A DNA stretch of 63,687 bases, the filler included, from Octopus bimaculoides (lineage: Eukaryota), in NCBI RefSeq assembly GCF_001194135.2. It is 7 parts of 5 records of this genome, joined end to end, with 100 filler letters (N's around TTAATTAATTAA, not from the genome) between each part and the next. Parts side by side here need not be neighbours in the genome. Positions count along the whole stretch, not along the records: positions 1 to 29,114 come from NC_068981.1; 6 more parts are not named here. One strand, given 5' to 3'. Below, in pieces: positions 1 to 12,841 of this stretch; position 1 is the first letter of the stretch, and each line of letters begins with the position of its first letter. The position numbers and the translations under genes were made by a program. Below the pieces are notes generated by a model, which saw only the letters and a list, made by a program, of their open reading frames with translations, was not told the DNA's origin and made no database searches.

Positions 1-325
1 GTTTGTCTTTTCTTTGCGGTGTCCTCAGTTGTTGTATGGGTATTTTCGAAGCCCGCTGAATACCATTTTCTATGAGTCGTGATGGGTATTTTTGCTTCAC
101 CAGAAATTCTTTCAGTTCCATCAGGCGTTGATTTCTGGTCTCTATATCCTCTACAATAGTACATATTCTCCTGGCTAGGCAGTATGGTATGTTGCGTTTT
201 GTATGGGGTGGATGGCACGATTTAAAGTTCAAGTATTGGTGTGTGTCTGTGTGTTTGTAATATATATCTGTGGTAATGGCGGTGTTCTTTTTAATTACCA
301 TTATATCTAGAAATGGTAATTTGCT
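1..325 (-). mobile_element. Penelope-like element fragment (RT palm end/thumb), cut by window edge
   Basis: Minus strand reads open as SKLPFLDIMVIKK...TDIYYKHTDTHQYLNFKSCHPPHTKRNIPYCLARRICTIV, homologous to ORF 44804-45451; its 5' side abuts (TA)n at ~326-348. Confidence 0.9.
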
Positions 326-480
326 ACATATATATATATACATATATAACCAATTTCAGAAGAACTGCAAAGGAACGCAAAACACTGCCCTTTCCACCTG
401 ACAAAAAACACCAGAAATAAATTTGTGCCACTTTTCAGTTACAACCAGCCATCTTTTCCACTCATTCCTGGAAAGGTCGT

Positions 481-1048
481 TGTGGTAGAGTCCTTAGGCA
501 CTTCCATAGGGTCTTAACAGAATTAATCATCGTTACAGTTTCCTGCTGGATTCCTAAGGTTGACCAACCGAGACTATGGACATTCTTGGTCTACTCCTAG
601 GTCGTCTGCCAGTTAGCTCAGAAAGAAGAATTTGTCTTGAGATTCTTTCCAGCGACATACTAATCACATCGGAAGCTGTAACTCGTTAGTACGGAGAAGT
701 AGTGGATCGACCTGGAGAGACTGACTCCTTTGTGTTTGAACTTCGTACCTTGTCTTGTAACGTTACATCAGAGACTCAACGGTGGAACACCATTTCGACC
801 GCAGCTATATACGATCGTACTCTTTCGGTCATTACTCAGCGTTAACGACCACTTTCAACTGATTATACTCATTACTAGAACGAGCAGACCGTCACTAATT
901 TCCTCACTTCTTACTATTTACTCAAGGACATCGTTGATGGCAATGACCTTATGTTGTTAATCAGTGTTATTAGTTTCATATGTAAAGCGAATTAAAACTT
1001 CTTTGATGTTTAAACCGGTTTTGGATTCGGCTGACTGCAACCCACGTG
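481..1048 (+). mobile_element. Possible LTR-like segment
   Basis: Starts TGTGG, ends CCAC(G), ATTAAA near the 3' end, followed by TGGAGC; no TSD and no second copy. Confidence 0.25.
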
Positions 1049-1435
1049 GAGCAAACAATTTTTTTTTTAATGTAAAAAAAGCAGCCACTTGTTAATTGAA
1101 TGTGTATGCAAGGAATAACTGTGACACACTTCAAAGTTTACTACATAACGAGGAGGGAATTATAGGAACGGTAAATGTTCTCTTCTTTATGTTTGAGTGA
1201 TAAAAAAAAAAAGAAATATCGAGGCAAACCTCTATCTGGTCGCTTGGCTTGTTAGAAATAACAGCGAAATCTACTTCAAATTGCACATTACTGCCTTCAT
1301 AAAATAACGACGACATTAAATACTGTAATCCTAGATATACAACGCCTCAGAAAATCACGGGGATTGTCATAGCATGAATGTCACTTTTGATGGTTGATCG
1401 GCTCGATCAGTGCTAGGCTGTAGCAGAATGCAATT

Positions 1436-1487
1436 ACCCCCACCACCACCACCGTCATCGTCGTCATCGTCATCATCGTCGTCGTCG

Positions 1488-1537
<50 letters not shown>

Positions 1538-1550
1538 GTCATCATCATCA
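1436..1550. repeat. (CAT/CGT/CAC)n trinucleotide microsatellite
   Basis: Direct reading. Confidence 0.95.
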
Positions 1551-2981
1551 TGAATTGGCAGCGAATTACGCAGAGCAGAAAGTAAATGTTTACAAAATAA
1601 AAGTAAAAACGGTTAGACAATATAGACGGAACCGCTCCTTTTCAATTTCCCCAATCCGAACATGGATATCTCTATGGTATGTATTATGGCTTTCCTTTGG
1701 AGGATCTTGTCTCAACATGCCCAAGCAATTATACGAATATTCAATTCGTGTTCATTTAATCAATAGAATCGAATAAGAGAATAAAATACATGCTTTGATA
1801 AACAGCTAAACATGAGAAAGGTCTTCCAGATTTGTTTATGTTTATTGAGAAAAGAGAAAAGAAATGAACAGAAACAATAGAAAAATATAAGAGTATATAC
1901 CCATTTTCTTAATAACTACAACAATACAAAGCATGGAATGGAATGGAAATTCTAATAACATTCTAATAGAAGCCATTATTGTCGGGAAATTACAAAAGAT
2001 AAGAAATATATATTGTAAAAAGCAAAACATTAAATCAACTCAGAACCATAGATATTCAATTTGGCTTTTCATCTTTGCTGTTTCCTGTTTTCTTTTTCTT
2101 TTATTTATGTCAAAGAAAAAGGTATTAACGATAATTAATTTCAAGTAAGTTATTATTTTTTTTCCGTTAGAGATAATTTAAAAATAAATTTTCATCTATT
2201 AATATTTTATTTTGATTACTTTTTCTTTTTCCTAAGAGACAGATAAACAAATAACGTTAGATTAACCAACATATTCGTCTGGATAGCTATAAGCAGAAGA
2301 GGAGTACAAAGGTATGAAGCAGGCGGCTAATGTGTAGGGCCAATAAAAACAGTAAAAAATTTCATATTGAATTATGATTAGAGCTAGATAATGTAGAATG
2401 TGTACCCAAATATGATTCTCTTTCTCTCTTTTTCTCTTGCTCATTCTCTCTATTTCTCTCTCTCTTTTTCTCTCCCCATTTCTCTCTCTCTTTCTCTCTA
2501 TTTTCTCTCTTTCTTTCTCTCCCCCCTCTCTCTCTCTTTCTCTTTCTTTGCGTTCCGTTATGAATGTGTATGTTTGAATATCGAAAATATTGATTAATGT
2601 AATACGCAACAGCAAATCAATTATTTGAGAAAATTTCTACGGATAATTTGCTGACTACAATGATCGAATTAAAACAATAACAAAACACGTCAAAATACAG
2701 TTGTTTCTTTAATTAATTAGCACGATGGGAGCATCTCCCATAACTTTTGTTGTCCTCAACTTGTGGAATCGATGAATTTGATACTCAATATGGTATTTTC
2801 TAGGTCGTCATTCTTAAGACAATTATGGACTTGTGGTGGGGAATTTCTAAATGGTTGCCATCTTGTTTTGCACAAGATCTGGAATAAGAAATATTTTAGG
2901 GGATGAGAGAAGTAAAGGCAGACACTTCATAGGCGGAGTTGTTAGTTCAGAAGAGCAAAGCTGAGGCTGCTTTAGCAGTGA

Positions 2982-3505
2982 TGTATCGTATGAAGCATAC
3001 GGAAGAAATAGAGCGTTTATGAGTCATCGGTTTTGGTACACTCCACGCCTCGACACGTCAACAGCGAATGATAACCACGACCACGGCGTCCGCGCTATCC
3101 TACGTGCTTGTTCTCTCACGCGCTTGCTCTCCCACGCGTCTGCTCTCCAACGCGCTTGCTCTCCCAGTGGAGCATTTGACAATCGTCGGATGTGGCCAGC
3201 ATTCGTGAGGGTCGTGGTGAACTCGATGGTCGGAGCCGGCTAAGCCTCCAGCCCGGGCGAATACTGCGACAAGTATGAGTAAGTAGTTGTATAATAGTTA
3301 GGGATGATATGGTCGACAAACTGATAGCATGTAGGGGAGAATGCTGCGTGTATAACAATCTCAAATAAGTAATTGATACACCAATGATTGTCTTCATCTG
3401 TCTTTGTGCAGGATCAGTAATTGACTGAGCCGAAATATTCCCAGGTTTTAAATAAGTGGTCATCGGTGCCAGGAACGATCGTCATTGTTTGTGAGACATG
3501 GTGTC
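2982..3505 (+). mobile_element. Candidate LTR with PBS-like TGGTGTC and internal 4x16-bp array
   Basis: TGTATC...GAGACA termini (2982-3498) immediately followed by TGGTGTC; GC-rich relative to flanks; 16-bp tandem at 3102-3165. Confidence 0.4.
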
Positions 3506-4317
3506 TTTAATGAGGTGATAAGTTTAATCGTATGCTGATCATAGATATCAAGGTGGAGGACAAGATTGTTGTGATGTTGTATTGGTACTGTTGAATGACA
3601 TTAGGTTGTTATATTTCCACTGGTATATGGTTTTGAGATGCTGGAAGTGAGGCTGAATGAGCAGTAGTTTGCATGGTCCATGCTCTAACAGGTTGCATTA
3701 CTTCGGAATGGGACACACTGTTTCGTGTGCATATAGATTGAGATAGATTCTTGGGGGAAAAGAATGGGAAAGAAGGAAAAAGATATAGATATAGAGACAG
3801 CGTGTGAGAGAGAGAAAGAGAAAGAGAGGGAGAGAGAGAAAGAGTGGGAGAGAGAGAGACAGAGAAAAAGAGAGAGAGAAAAATAAAATGGGGAACATTT
3901 TTTGAGGATAATTGCATGTTGTGGTATACCGTATTTTTAGCATAAAAGACGTCCAGGCATATTAGATGCACACGAAATGGAGCAACATATATCCAGGAAA
4001 AAAGACTTTGCTTCTTTAAAGCACGTATCTAGGCCCAACAGCCTATATAGGACCTGGGATGAATTTTGGGGATTTTTTTTTTTATAAAAGGAAGTCCGTC
4101 TTGTATGTTATCAAATACGGTAACTTATTTGAGGGTAACAGAAATGGCATCCGTGCGATTGTTGCGTTGGAACGATTAGTGAAGTTTTCTCACGTGGTGC
4201 TGAGATAGATGTAGAAGCAGAGTTTAAAAGGTCCCATCTTTTGTGCATGGGTGTGTGAAATATAACAAGAAACACACATACGCGCACACGCATACACACG
4301 TATACATGATATCTATA

Positions 4318-4502
4318 TACCTACCTACCTACCTACCTACCTACCTACCTACCTACCTACCTACCTACCTACCTACCTACCTACATACCTGTCTACCTGC
4401 CTACCTGCTTGCCTACCTACCTACCTACCTACCTACCTACCTACCTACCTACCTACCTACCTACATACATACATACATACATACATACATACATACATAC
4501 AT
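4318..4502. repeat. (CCTA)n-(CATA)n compound tetranucleotide array
   Basis: Direct reading. Confidence 0.95.
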
Positions 4503-4508
4503 AGGCTA

Positions 4509-5097
4509 TGTCATGTTTCTGTGGAAGGCATCACGCATGTGACTAGCAGCTGTCCTAAAATGTCGTCTCGGTACTACTTCCCTATGCGGCACGATGTTGT
4601 TGCTAAAACAATTTTGCAATGTCATCAGCAAAAAAAATAAAAAGACTGTTCTGAAATACACTATGAAAATCCCCCTGTTACAGAATACATTCACAAACAC
4701 CAACTCAAGGAATACTGGTGGAATATTCCCATCAAATCTGCCAAATGTAAACATAACAAGTCGGATATTGTTGTTTGGGGCAGAGGGGCAAAGGTATGTA
4801 CCCTCACAGAGGTCAGCTGCCCTGCGGATATAAATGTCTCTTTGAAAATCAAAGAAAAAGAGGATATCTATGGACAACTGCTTCGAAACGTCCAGCTTCT
4901 ATATCCAGACTATGAATTCATATTCATACCAATAATAATTGAAGCACTAGTCTTTGTTAGGAAAATCTGAATAAGGAAATCTGAATAAACTGGGATTTTC
5001 AGAAAGAGAAATCGATCGGCAAATTCGTACATTACATATGCAATCCGTGAGTGAAACAGTAAAAACCATGCAAGACTTTTCTGAAATCCCAAATGTG
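4509..5097 (+). mobile_element. R4/Dong-like non-LTR retrotransposon 3' fragment (CCHC knuckle + restriction-like endonuclease)
   Basis: Translates to HVSVEGITHVTSSCPKM...RHDVVAK and YWWNIPIK...HNKSDIVVW...EVSCPADINVSLKIKEKEDIY...FIPIIIEAL. Confidence 0.85.
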
Positions 5098-5235
5098 AAT
5101 TTGTCTGTTTTAATTACATCCTAAAATAGGGAACCTTGTGTCTTTTTTGGAAACCGGCTCCCTCCTCAGTGGAATATTTATAATGATTTAAAAATAGAAG
5201 AGGCATACATACATACATACATACATACATACATA

Positions 5236-5582
5236 CATGATGATGGCCTTCCACTCGTGACTGAGGAAGACCATTGCCGACCTTCAGGAACATTCTGCGC
5301 TCTAGTACTAACTTACATTTTGCATTTACGGCTCCGTTGGTGGCTAATGAGCCCTGCTCTTGATAAGCATATACGACTGTAAACATTGCAGATTAAGCCC
5401 TCCCCATTCACCATACGAGCCGTGCACTTTCGCGCAGCTCGCTTAAATTTTTCATGCTGGATACGTGCTCTCTCAAAAGTGTTGATCCCCTCCTTAACCT
5501 GCTTCCTCCATCTGTGGCGATGACAGGCATTGCTCTCCCAGTCAGTGTCCTGCATATCACAGGCCTTTAATGAGGACTTGAC
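5236..5582 (-). mobile_element. RTE (BovB-like) LINE 3' end
   Basis: KSSLKACDMQDTDWESNACHRHRWRKQVKEGINTFE...KRAARK...CNVYSRICLSRAGLISHQR, then a short UTR ending in catcat. Confidence 0.8.
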
Positions 5583-5825
5583 ACATACATACATACATAC
5601 ATACATACATACATACATACATACATACATACATACTTACTTACTCATACACAGAGAGAGATTTAGGGAGAGACCTAAAAAACAACTTGTACTAAAATTG
5701 AGCAGTAGACAAGAAATTGCTAGTATTACAATTTTCATGGTAGATATGAAGTTTGAGACATAAAGCAACGGATATATCACAGCCACCTTCTCCACCCAGA
5801 ACACAGATATATTCTTTAGATTGCG

Positions 5826-6172
5826 ACCATGCAGGTGTGCCAGTACTTCTTGTTTTTAAAGCTTGTTATCTATTCTATCATTCTCTTTTGCCGATCTACT
5901 AAGTTAAGGGACGTAAGCACACTAACACCAATTGTCAGGCGGTGGTGGTAGGACAAACACAGACACAAAGACACCGACACACATACACACGTACACACAC
6001 ACTCGCGCACGCACACATATGATGGGCTTCTTTTAGTTTCTCTCTACCAAACCCACTCACAAGACTTTGGCTGGTTCGAGGGTACAGTAAAAGACACTTG
6101 TCCAAGGTGCCGCACAATGGGACTTAACCCGGAAGAATGTGACAGGGAATCAAACTTCTTACCGTGCCTGCA
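5826..6172 (-). mobile_element. SINE family A copy
   Basis: Colinear with the full-length copy at 54612-55038. Confidence 0.85.
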
Positions 6173-6299
6173 CCTACCTATATGCAGTTATTATCCGAAG
6201 ACACAACTGTGAATGTTCGCAACGTTTCAAAATTTAGAGTGATAAAATTCCTTCTAATGAAATATTTGTATGTCCTCCTCCACAAACGAAGCATCACTT

Positions 6300-6900
6300 G
6301 AAGAAATCCACAGAATTAAGTAAAATTTAATCAAGAAAGTGTATTCAAACAGTCTAATAAACCAAGCAAAGAGGACGATACAAAAAGAAATGTATCGCAT
6401 CAAATACATAGGATAGCAGATCTGTTAAAATTACACAATCACACTTAAAGCTTATTACAAGCTATAAAATATACGAACATCTAAGAGAGATCTCGTAAAA
6501 CAGACCTCAAAATGTATTACATCAAACGATAAATTAACGCTAATAATATACAGGCGATACATTAAAATTAAAAGCTTTTTCTTCAGCAATAAACCACAAG
6601 CATGTAACTACCAAACAAGCATCTAATAATCGGTGGAATTTATATATTAAATTGCAAACGAGAATGTTGTGAACTCAATGACTCTAATTGTTGTATTAGC
6701 AATACAAGTACGACATTCTTCCGCGTTTCGTTACACTCTCACAAGAAGGAAATATTGCAATTCATTATACTACGCAACTGAAAACAAAACTTGATATGGA
6801 AACATTAGTGGAAATTACATATATTTTCTACTGAATACCCTACAAAAATAGTCAATGTCCGAAAATATACTTATAATAAAGTCTAGTATTGTAGTAAAGA
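6300..6900 (+). mobile_element. Highly decayed PLE GIY-YIG region
   Basis: Fragments KLTLIIYRRYIKIKSFFFSN and GIYILNCKRECCELNDSNCCISNTSTT resemble a PLE linker and GIY..C..C..YIG.T.TT; many stops. Confidence 0.4.
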
Positions 6901-7244
6901 CACGGAAAATGCACAGCAATTAGAAAAACAAAACAATAAAAACAAAAACAAAACAAAATAAAACAAAGTGAAAACTTGACAGTTGACGTTAGTACATCTA
7001 ATAATTAAAATTTATATTCCCACAGTAACTTCACCACTGAATATAATGTTAATCCAGTCGATGAAAATGGTTGAAAACTAGATGCCGACATTATTTGATC
7101 CTGACGATGAGTTTAATAAGTTATAGAGACCTTCATGATAGAACTGGACTGTTCAAAACAACTTCAAGGATTTGATATGGATGTGTGAGAAACACTTTCT
7201 AGAAAAGATAATATTGATTTCAAATTTTTGTACAAGACCAACCT

Positions 7245-7425
7245 GTTTGAGGGAGTGTGTAAGTCACTTACATGGGCTTCAGTGTCAACTGGTACTTGTT
7301 TTATCCCGATCCCAAAAGGACAAAAGACACAGTCGACTTCGGCGAAATTTGAACTCGGAGAGTAGAGACGGATAAAATGCGACTAAGAATTTCGCCCGGC
7401 GTGCTAACGATTATGCTAGCTCGTG
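7245..7425 (-). mobile_element. SINE family B copy (tRNA-like head)
   Basis: Shares gttcaaatt(t)cgccgaagtcgact...ttttatcc core with 9163, 16215, 18525 and 19800 copies. Confidence 0.8.
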
Positions 7426-7771
7426 GATTTACTAGAAGTAAAAATATTAAATGATAGATGTATTCGATACAATGAAAAAGAGAATATCTACTCTGAACTA
7501 TTGTAAAATCTGCAGTTACTCTATCTAGATTACAAGTTCAGGTTTATACTTGTAATAATTGGGGTACTGGGATATGTGAGACACTGTCTAAATACCAACC
7601 TTGAGAAATTAGGCTTATCAAAACCAGAAACGAGAAGACTACTGGAACTGTAAAAATCTGTAAAACTTTTCAGAAGTTTATCATTTAAATATATGTGTGC
7701 ATGTGTAGATATGCAACTATATGCATGAGAACACATACATAAAACAAAGCATACAAATCTGCACACATACA

Positions 7772-7805
<34 letters not shown>

Positions 7806-8094
7806 CATACATACATACATACAAGAATGACCTGTTAATGTTGAAATTACAATGAAGGAGCCTTGGTTCTAGGTTAGAAACCGGCTCTTTCTCTATTAGC
7901 AAGAAATCTTGAAATAAAACTGAGTAATGACATATGCATACATGCATACATGCATGCCATACATATATACATACATACATACATACATACATACATACAT
8001 ACATACAAAACAAATCAAATGTTATATTAGGTTGTTCCGAAAATAATGATCGATTTCAGAAACAATTTCAGCAGTTGTAGTGGTAATAGTCATA

Positions 8095-8330
8095 GTAGCA
8101 GCAGGAGCAGTTGCAGTCCTACCTATCTGTCGTCAGCGATAACTCGCAGCCAGTGATTGAGCCTCTTCATTTTGATAGGTGCGAAGGGTGCCGGTGCCTG
8201 AGGTGGCTGTTCAGGCCAAGGGCAATAAAGAAGAACCAAGGGCATTTATTGCAGGAGAGAGTTGTGGGGGACGAGAGGAGCGCCAGCGGTATCTTTTAAG
8301 GAACCAGTAAACCTCTAGTACTGCAGTTTC
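8095..8330 (-). mobile_element. Possible RTE-like 3' end encoding a C2H2 finger
   Basis: Minus frame reads LSCNKCPWFFFIALGLNSHLRHRHPSHLSK*; no upstream RT recognised. Confidence 0.35.
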
Positions 8331-9162
8331 TGGACGCCAGTTTTTTCAGGATCCCGAATGCATTTAATGTGGAGAATAGTATCGAAATGATTAATGTTAT
8401 TTTGAAAATTCCAGTATGTACGACAGACAACTCTCGGTATATTCTTATTAATAACTGTTTGTCGAATTATATAGATAAGGAAATCGCTAAATAAGATTAG
8501 AGTAAAGTAAGCTGAGTAGGCATAAACATTTATCAGCATACTTGTATTAAATAAATAAACGAGGTTAAGTCTTCAGAGATACTGAATTTATACCTCGATT
8601 TCATTGTCACTTTGCAAGCGTATAGTATTTCGTCTCACTGTTTAGTTTTAATTGACTTAACTCTCCAACTATAAAATATACACAAATGTTTGTAAGGAAA
8701 ATCCTATTTGCCTGATAATTCGATTAATCGAATTTCATCTTGTTCCAGTAATCCACTTGTTCAAATATGTCGATAATTCAAAATGTCCTTCTTTCGATAA
8801 TTATAAAAGATAAGATCTCAAAAAGCTTAACATTCGATATTTTGAGAAATTACTGTGTCCCTTCTTACCGTGATGCTCTAGCTCAATATATTTGCATAGT
8901 TCAAAGTTTTCTTTCTCCCAATAATAATCATCTTTTTTTCATTCAAATAGAATGACGAAAGAAAATTGATATTCGTAAATTCTCTTAAATATTTAAAAAC
9001 GATGAATTCATATCCAAAATCATAAAATAATTCCCTGATGAAAAATATTTTAGTCTGAGAAGAGCATATTTATACTGGATTCAGACGGTGAAACTGTGAT
9101 GAAGAAAGCAAACTAAAGCAAGTGAAGAACATATAAACGGAAATGACCCATATTCTGATAAT

Positions 9163-9330
9163 GCTTAGCAGCATTTTGTCTGTCTTTTTACGTTCTGAGT
9201 TCAAATTCCGCCGAGGCCTACTTTCTCTTTTATCCTCTCGGGGTCGGTTAAAAAGTATCAGTTAAAACTGGGGTTGATGTAATTACTTATTTCCCTCAAA
9301 TTTTCTGGCCTTGTGCCAAAAATTTGAAAC
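9163..9330 (+). mobile_element. SINE family B copy (head truncated)
   Basis: atgcttagcagcattttgtc...gttctgagttcaaattccgccgagg (B box) ... ttttctggccttgtgccaaaa. Confidence 0.8.
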
Positions 9331-9390
9331 CTTCTTTCAGAAACCCAGAATTTCAGTATATTTTCAAAGTTCGAAGAGCTGTAACATATA

Positions 9391-9690
9391 TTCTTTTATT
9401 CTTTTTTATTTTTTTGTTTCAGTCATTTTACTGTGGCCATGCTGGAGCACTGCCTTTAGTCGAGTAAGCTTACTCTGTCGGTCTCTTTTACCGAACCGCC
9501 AAGTTACGGGGACGTAAACACACCAACATCGGTTGTCAGACGATGGGGTGCAAACACACACACACACACACACATACGACGGACTTCTTTCCGTCTACCA
9601 AATCTACTCACAAAACTTTGGTTGGCCTAAGGCTGTAGTAGAAGACACTTGCCCATGGTACTACGCAGTGGGACTGAATCCAGAACCATA
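9391..9690 (-). mobile_element. SINE family A copy
   Basis: Colinear with 54612-55038, internal (CA)n. Confidence 0.85.
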
Positions 9691-9700
9691 TAAATCAGAG

Positions 9701-9795
9701 CAGGCGTGACTGTACGGTTAAGAAGCTCATACCTGATGGTTTCAGGTTCAGTCTCACTGCGTGACGCCTTAGGCAAGTGCCTTCTACTGAAACCC
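9701..9795 (+). mobile_element. SINE family A head only, back-to-back with the previous copy
   Basis: ggcgtgactgtacggttaagaagc...ggttcagtctcactgcgtgacgccttaggcaagtg. Confidence 0.65.
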
Positions 9796-10043
9796 AATAT
9801 CATCTCGAGAGCAGCGCATAGAGCTTTGAATGCCGCGGTTTTGGAATGTAAATCATTAACGGAGTATAAATATTACAAATACTCTTGTTTTATAGGTTTC
9901 GGACATTAGACTGTGTTACAGTGTGTCATCACTTTCAAGGGTTTTAGTCCATAATATCGGCTCCAGAAATTTGTCCGGTCTACATACAGACACGCAAATA
10001 TGTGTTTATATGGATTTATGTATGCATATATTTATGTTTTGTC

Positions 10044-10087
<44 letters not shown>

Positions 10088-10104
10088 AAATATATATATT
10101 TAAT

Positions 10105-10308
10105 CTTATATTTTCAGTTATTGGACTGCATCCATCCTGGAGCTCTGCCTTGATAGACTAAGTCGATCAAATAAACCTCAGTACTCATCTTTATGTCTGG
10201 TAATGTTCTATGGTACTATTTTACCGAACAGCTAAGTTAGATGAACGTGGACAAAGACAGGTTATTAATGATGGAGTACAAGCATTAACTCAGAGAGAAA
10301 CAGTCGCG

Positions 10309-10355
<47 letters not shown>
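10105..10355 (-). mobile_element. SINE family A 3' half, diverged
   Basis: tttcagttattggactgcatccatcctggagc...accgaacagctaagttag. Confidence 0.7.
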
Positions 10356-10358
<3 letters not shown>

Positions 10359-11214
10359 ATTTCTGATTTCTCCTTATTTTCTCCCTACCTGATTACATTG
10401 TAAGTATTGTATCATCCTTTCGTACTGTTGCATCATTTTGGGGAGAAAAAATTGTATAGTTATTGTTGTTGAAGCTGAGATAATTCGAAACATAACCAGA
10501 TGACAGGCACTTCGTTCTTCAAGAAATGTTTCTTCAACTCGGACTTGGTTGTAACTGAGTTTGCTAATAAAATATCTGGATAATTTTTGGTATTTAACGA
10601 TCAATATTCTTTTCTCTGTTCGATTCCAAGTCATTTTTTTTCTCCACGCTAATGTCTAATTTGATAATTTTCAATTTTCAAAACTGATGTCTGAACAAGG
10701 ACAAAATGTGTAATAACTATTGTCAGTAATTTCTTTTCTTTAACTGCATGGTGCGTCAATATATCACGAAAAGAGCCACTCCAGCAGATCGTGAACAAAA
10801 TATAGAAAATATTTTTTGTTGACTTTTTAGATTTAGTCGAGTTCCGTTAATTTCATATCATGTGCCATTTTTTCATGATCCACTTTCAATTTGACCAAGA
10901 TAATTAAATCTTTTTTTTTACATTTCTGATTTTCCTGATGTCTAAGGATGAATATTGATGTGTATGCGTCTTTTCCCAAATGTATTTCTGGAGAATGGAA
11001 GAAGCAAATTTACCTTATTTTAGTCTTACTTATTTTAGTCCTTCTAACTTTGTCTTTTATATATTGAAACAGAATGGAGATATTTTCTGATATAGTGTTC
11101 AGATTATGCCCTAGTATTTTTAATACATTTAGAGAATGTCATTTGCTTAGCTGATATGATTTTTCTTAGGTTGTGAGCATTTGAAAAAAAATCTCACTCG
11201 TTGTACACCCCGCT

Positions 11215-11430
11215 ATATGTGCGTGCGCGTGTGTGTGTATTTGTGTCTGTGTTTGTTCCCTACCACTGCTTGACATCCGGCGGTTTGGCAAAAGACACCG
11301 ATAGAATAAGTACCAGGTTTAACAAAAGAATAAGTACTGGAGTTTGATTTATTCAACTAAAAATTCTTCAAGGCGAAGCCCCAGCATGGCCGCAGTCAAA
11401 TGATTGAAACAAGTAAAAGATAAAACAAAA
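11215..11430 (+). mobile_element. SINE family A 3' half
   Basis: gtttgttccctaccactgcttgac...gatagaataagtacc...ccagcatggccgcagtcaaatgattgaaacaagtaaaaga. Confidence 0.85.
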
Positions 11431-11504
11431 ACTAACAAATAAACAAAAAAATATTGGCCCATTCTTTGCTTGAGCTCTAATTACAAACTGTACACAATCA
11501 AATA

Positions 11505-11794
11505 CAGTAATCCCTCGCCATATTGCGGTTCACCTATCGCGGTTCACCTATCGCAGTTCACCTATCGCGGTTCAACTATCGCGGTTCACCTATCGTGGAT
11601 CACCTATCACGGTTTATTATGTCAGCTTACGTCGATTCCTCCGTGGTGTTGTTTTGCATTTATAATAAAATAAATATATACAAATTATAAAAATAATTTA
11701 AAAAAAATATACAGAATACTGTTTCTTCTTCGCGGATTTTCATCTATCGCGGGGGTTTGGGAATTTAACACCCACGATAGTCGAGGGATTACTG
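11505..11794. mobile_element. Tigger/pogo-type MITE
   Basis: Perfect 13-bp TIR CAGTAATCCCTCG at both ends, TA on both sides (11503-4, 11795-6), internal 14-bp tandem array. Confidence 0.9.
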
Positions 11795-12493
11795 TAGCAT
11801 GTTCTAATATATAAATCAACGCACAAGCGCAGCGTGCGCACACAGACTCACGTAGTACATACACGCTCACACACACACACTCACACACACACACACACAC
11901 GCACACACACACACAAACACACACACACGTAATGCTCATATAATTAGTCATACCATTATAATTAGTCATACATATAATTCATCATACCATTCATAAAATT
12001 TTGCTACTCAATGCGTTTATCTGCAGACTGTGGATTTGAATGGTTACTTATAGCTTTCAAGTTATTTCATCTGGAGATAAGCACAGCTGTATAAGCTTCC
12101 TCAAATTGCAAAATGTTAATGAAACAGTTCTAGTATTCTCCCAGATTTACGTAGGTATTTGATATACCTGTTCTGGTTAGTCTCAAATTCCACCTTTCTC
12201 ACTCGCTTCGACATTAGACATAACTCGGAAAGATATTACTTTAACACGTTTCAGGTATTTTATTGGGCAACTTAGATTGTTTTGGGTGGTCATGCTTGAT
12301 GAAATAAGATAGGATTTACAGAAGATATGATTCTTTATGCCCCCACAACTTGTAGGTGTGCCTTTGTGTGTGTGCATGTGTATATACACACACGCACATA
12401 CGCACATACGCACATGCACCTGCACACACACATACATGCATACATATATCTATATCATACATATATATAAATAGAAATATCATTTCTAAACAT

Positions 12494-12841
12494 CTCAAAG
12501 ATAGATATTCAGAAACAGTTCTTTAAAATAAAGGCTATTTGCCAACACAATGTGGCTGTCCTGGATAAGACGATTGCTACTGCTTTTTTAGCCCCAAGAA
12601 ACATCATTTCCAGCTGGCTATACGGCACAATATCTGTGTCCTTATATTTTCGAAAAGGGAGTCCAGCACCCCCATCCAGCACAAAGCAACATCTGTGGAC
12701 CGGTTTCTGGGTTATTGCTGTTTATCAAACGATGTTTCCTGGGGCTAAACAGCAGTAACAATCGTCCTATCCAAGACAGCCACGTTATGTTGGCAAATGG
12801 AATTTACTTTAAAGAACTGTTACTGAATATCTCTCTTTGAG
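12494..12841. mobile_element. MITE with ~115-bp imperfect TIRs
   Basis: ctcaaagatagatattcagaaacagttctttaaa...ttagccccaagaaacatcattt matches the reverse complement of 12727-12841. Confidence 0.85.

Noticed and set aside
5128-7895. Repeat motif ggagccttggttctaggttagaaaccggctc (two copies, ~5128 and ~7857) resembling a hammerhead
   Set aside because: GAAA-CCGG is present but there is no consistent CUGANGA core and stem I on either strand
10360-11170. Possible decayed LINE on the minus strand (FNYLGQ-like word)
   Set aside because: Only one short motif and no colinear series of RT motifs
11522-11617. Regular short repeats resembling a CRISPR array
   Set aside because: No unique spacers; tandem array inside a eukaryotic MITE
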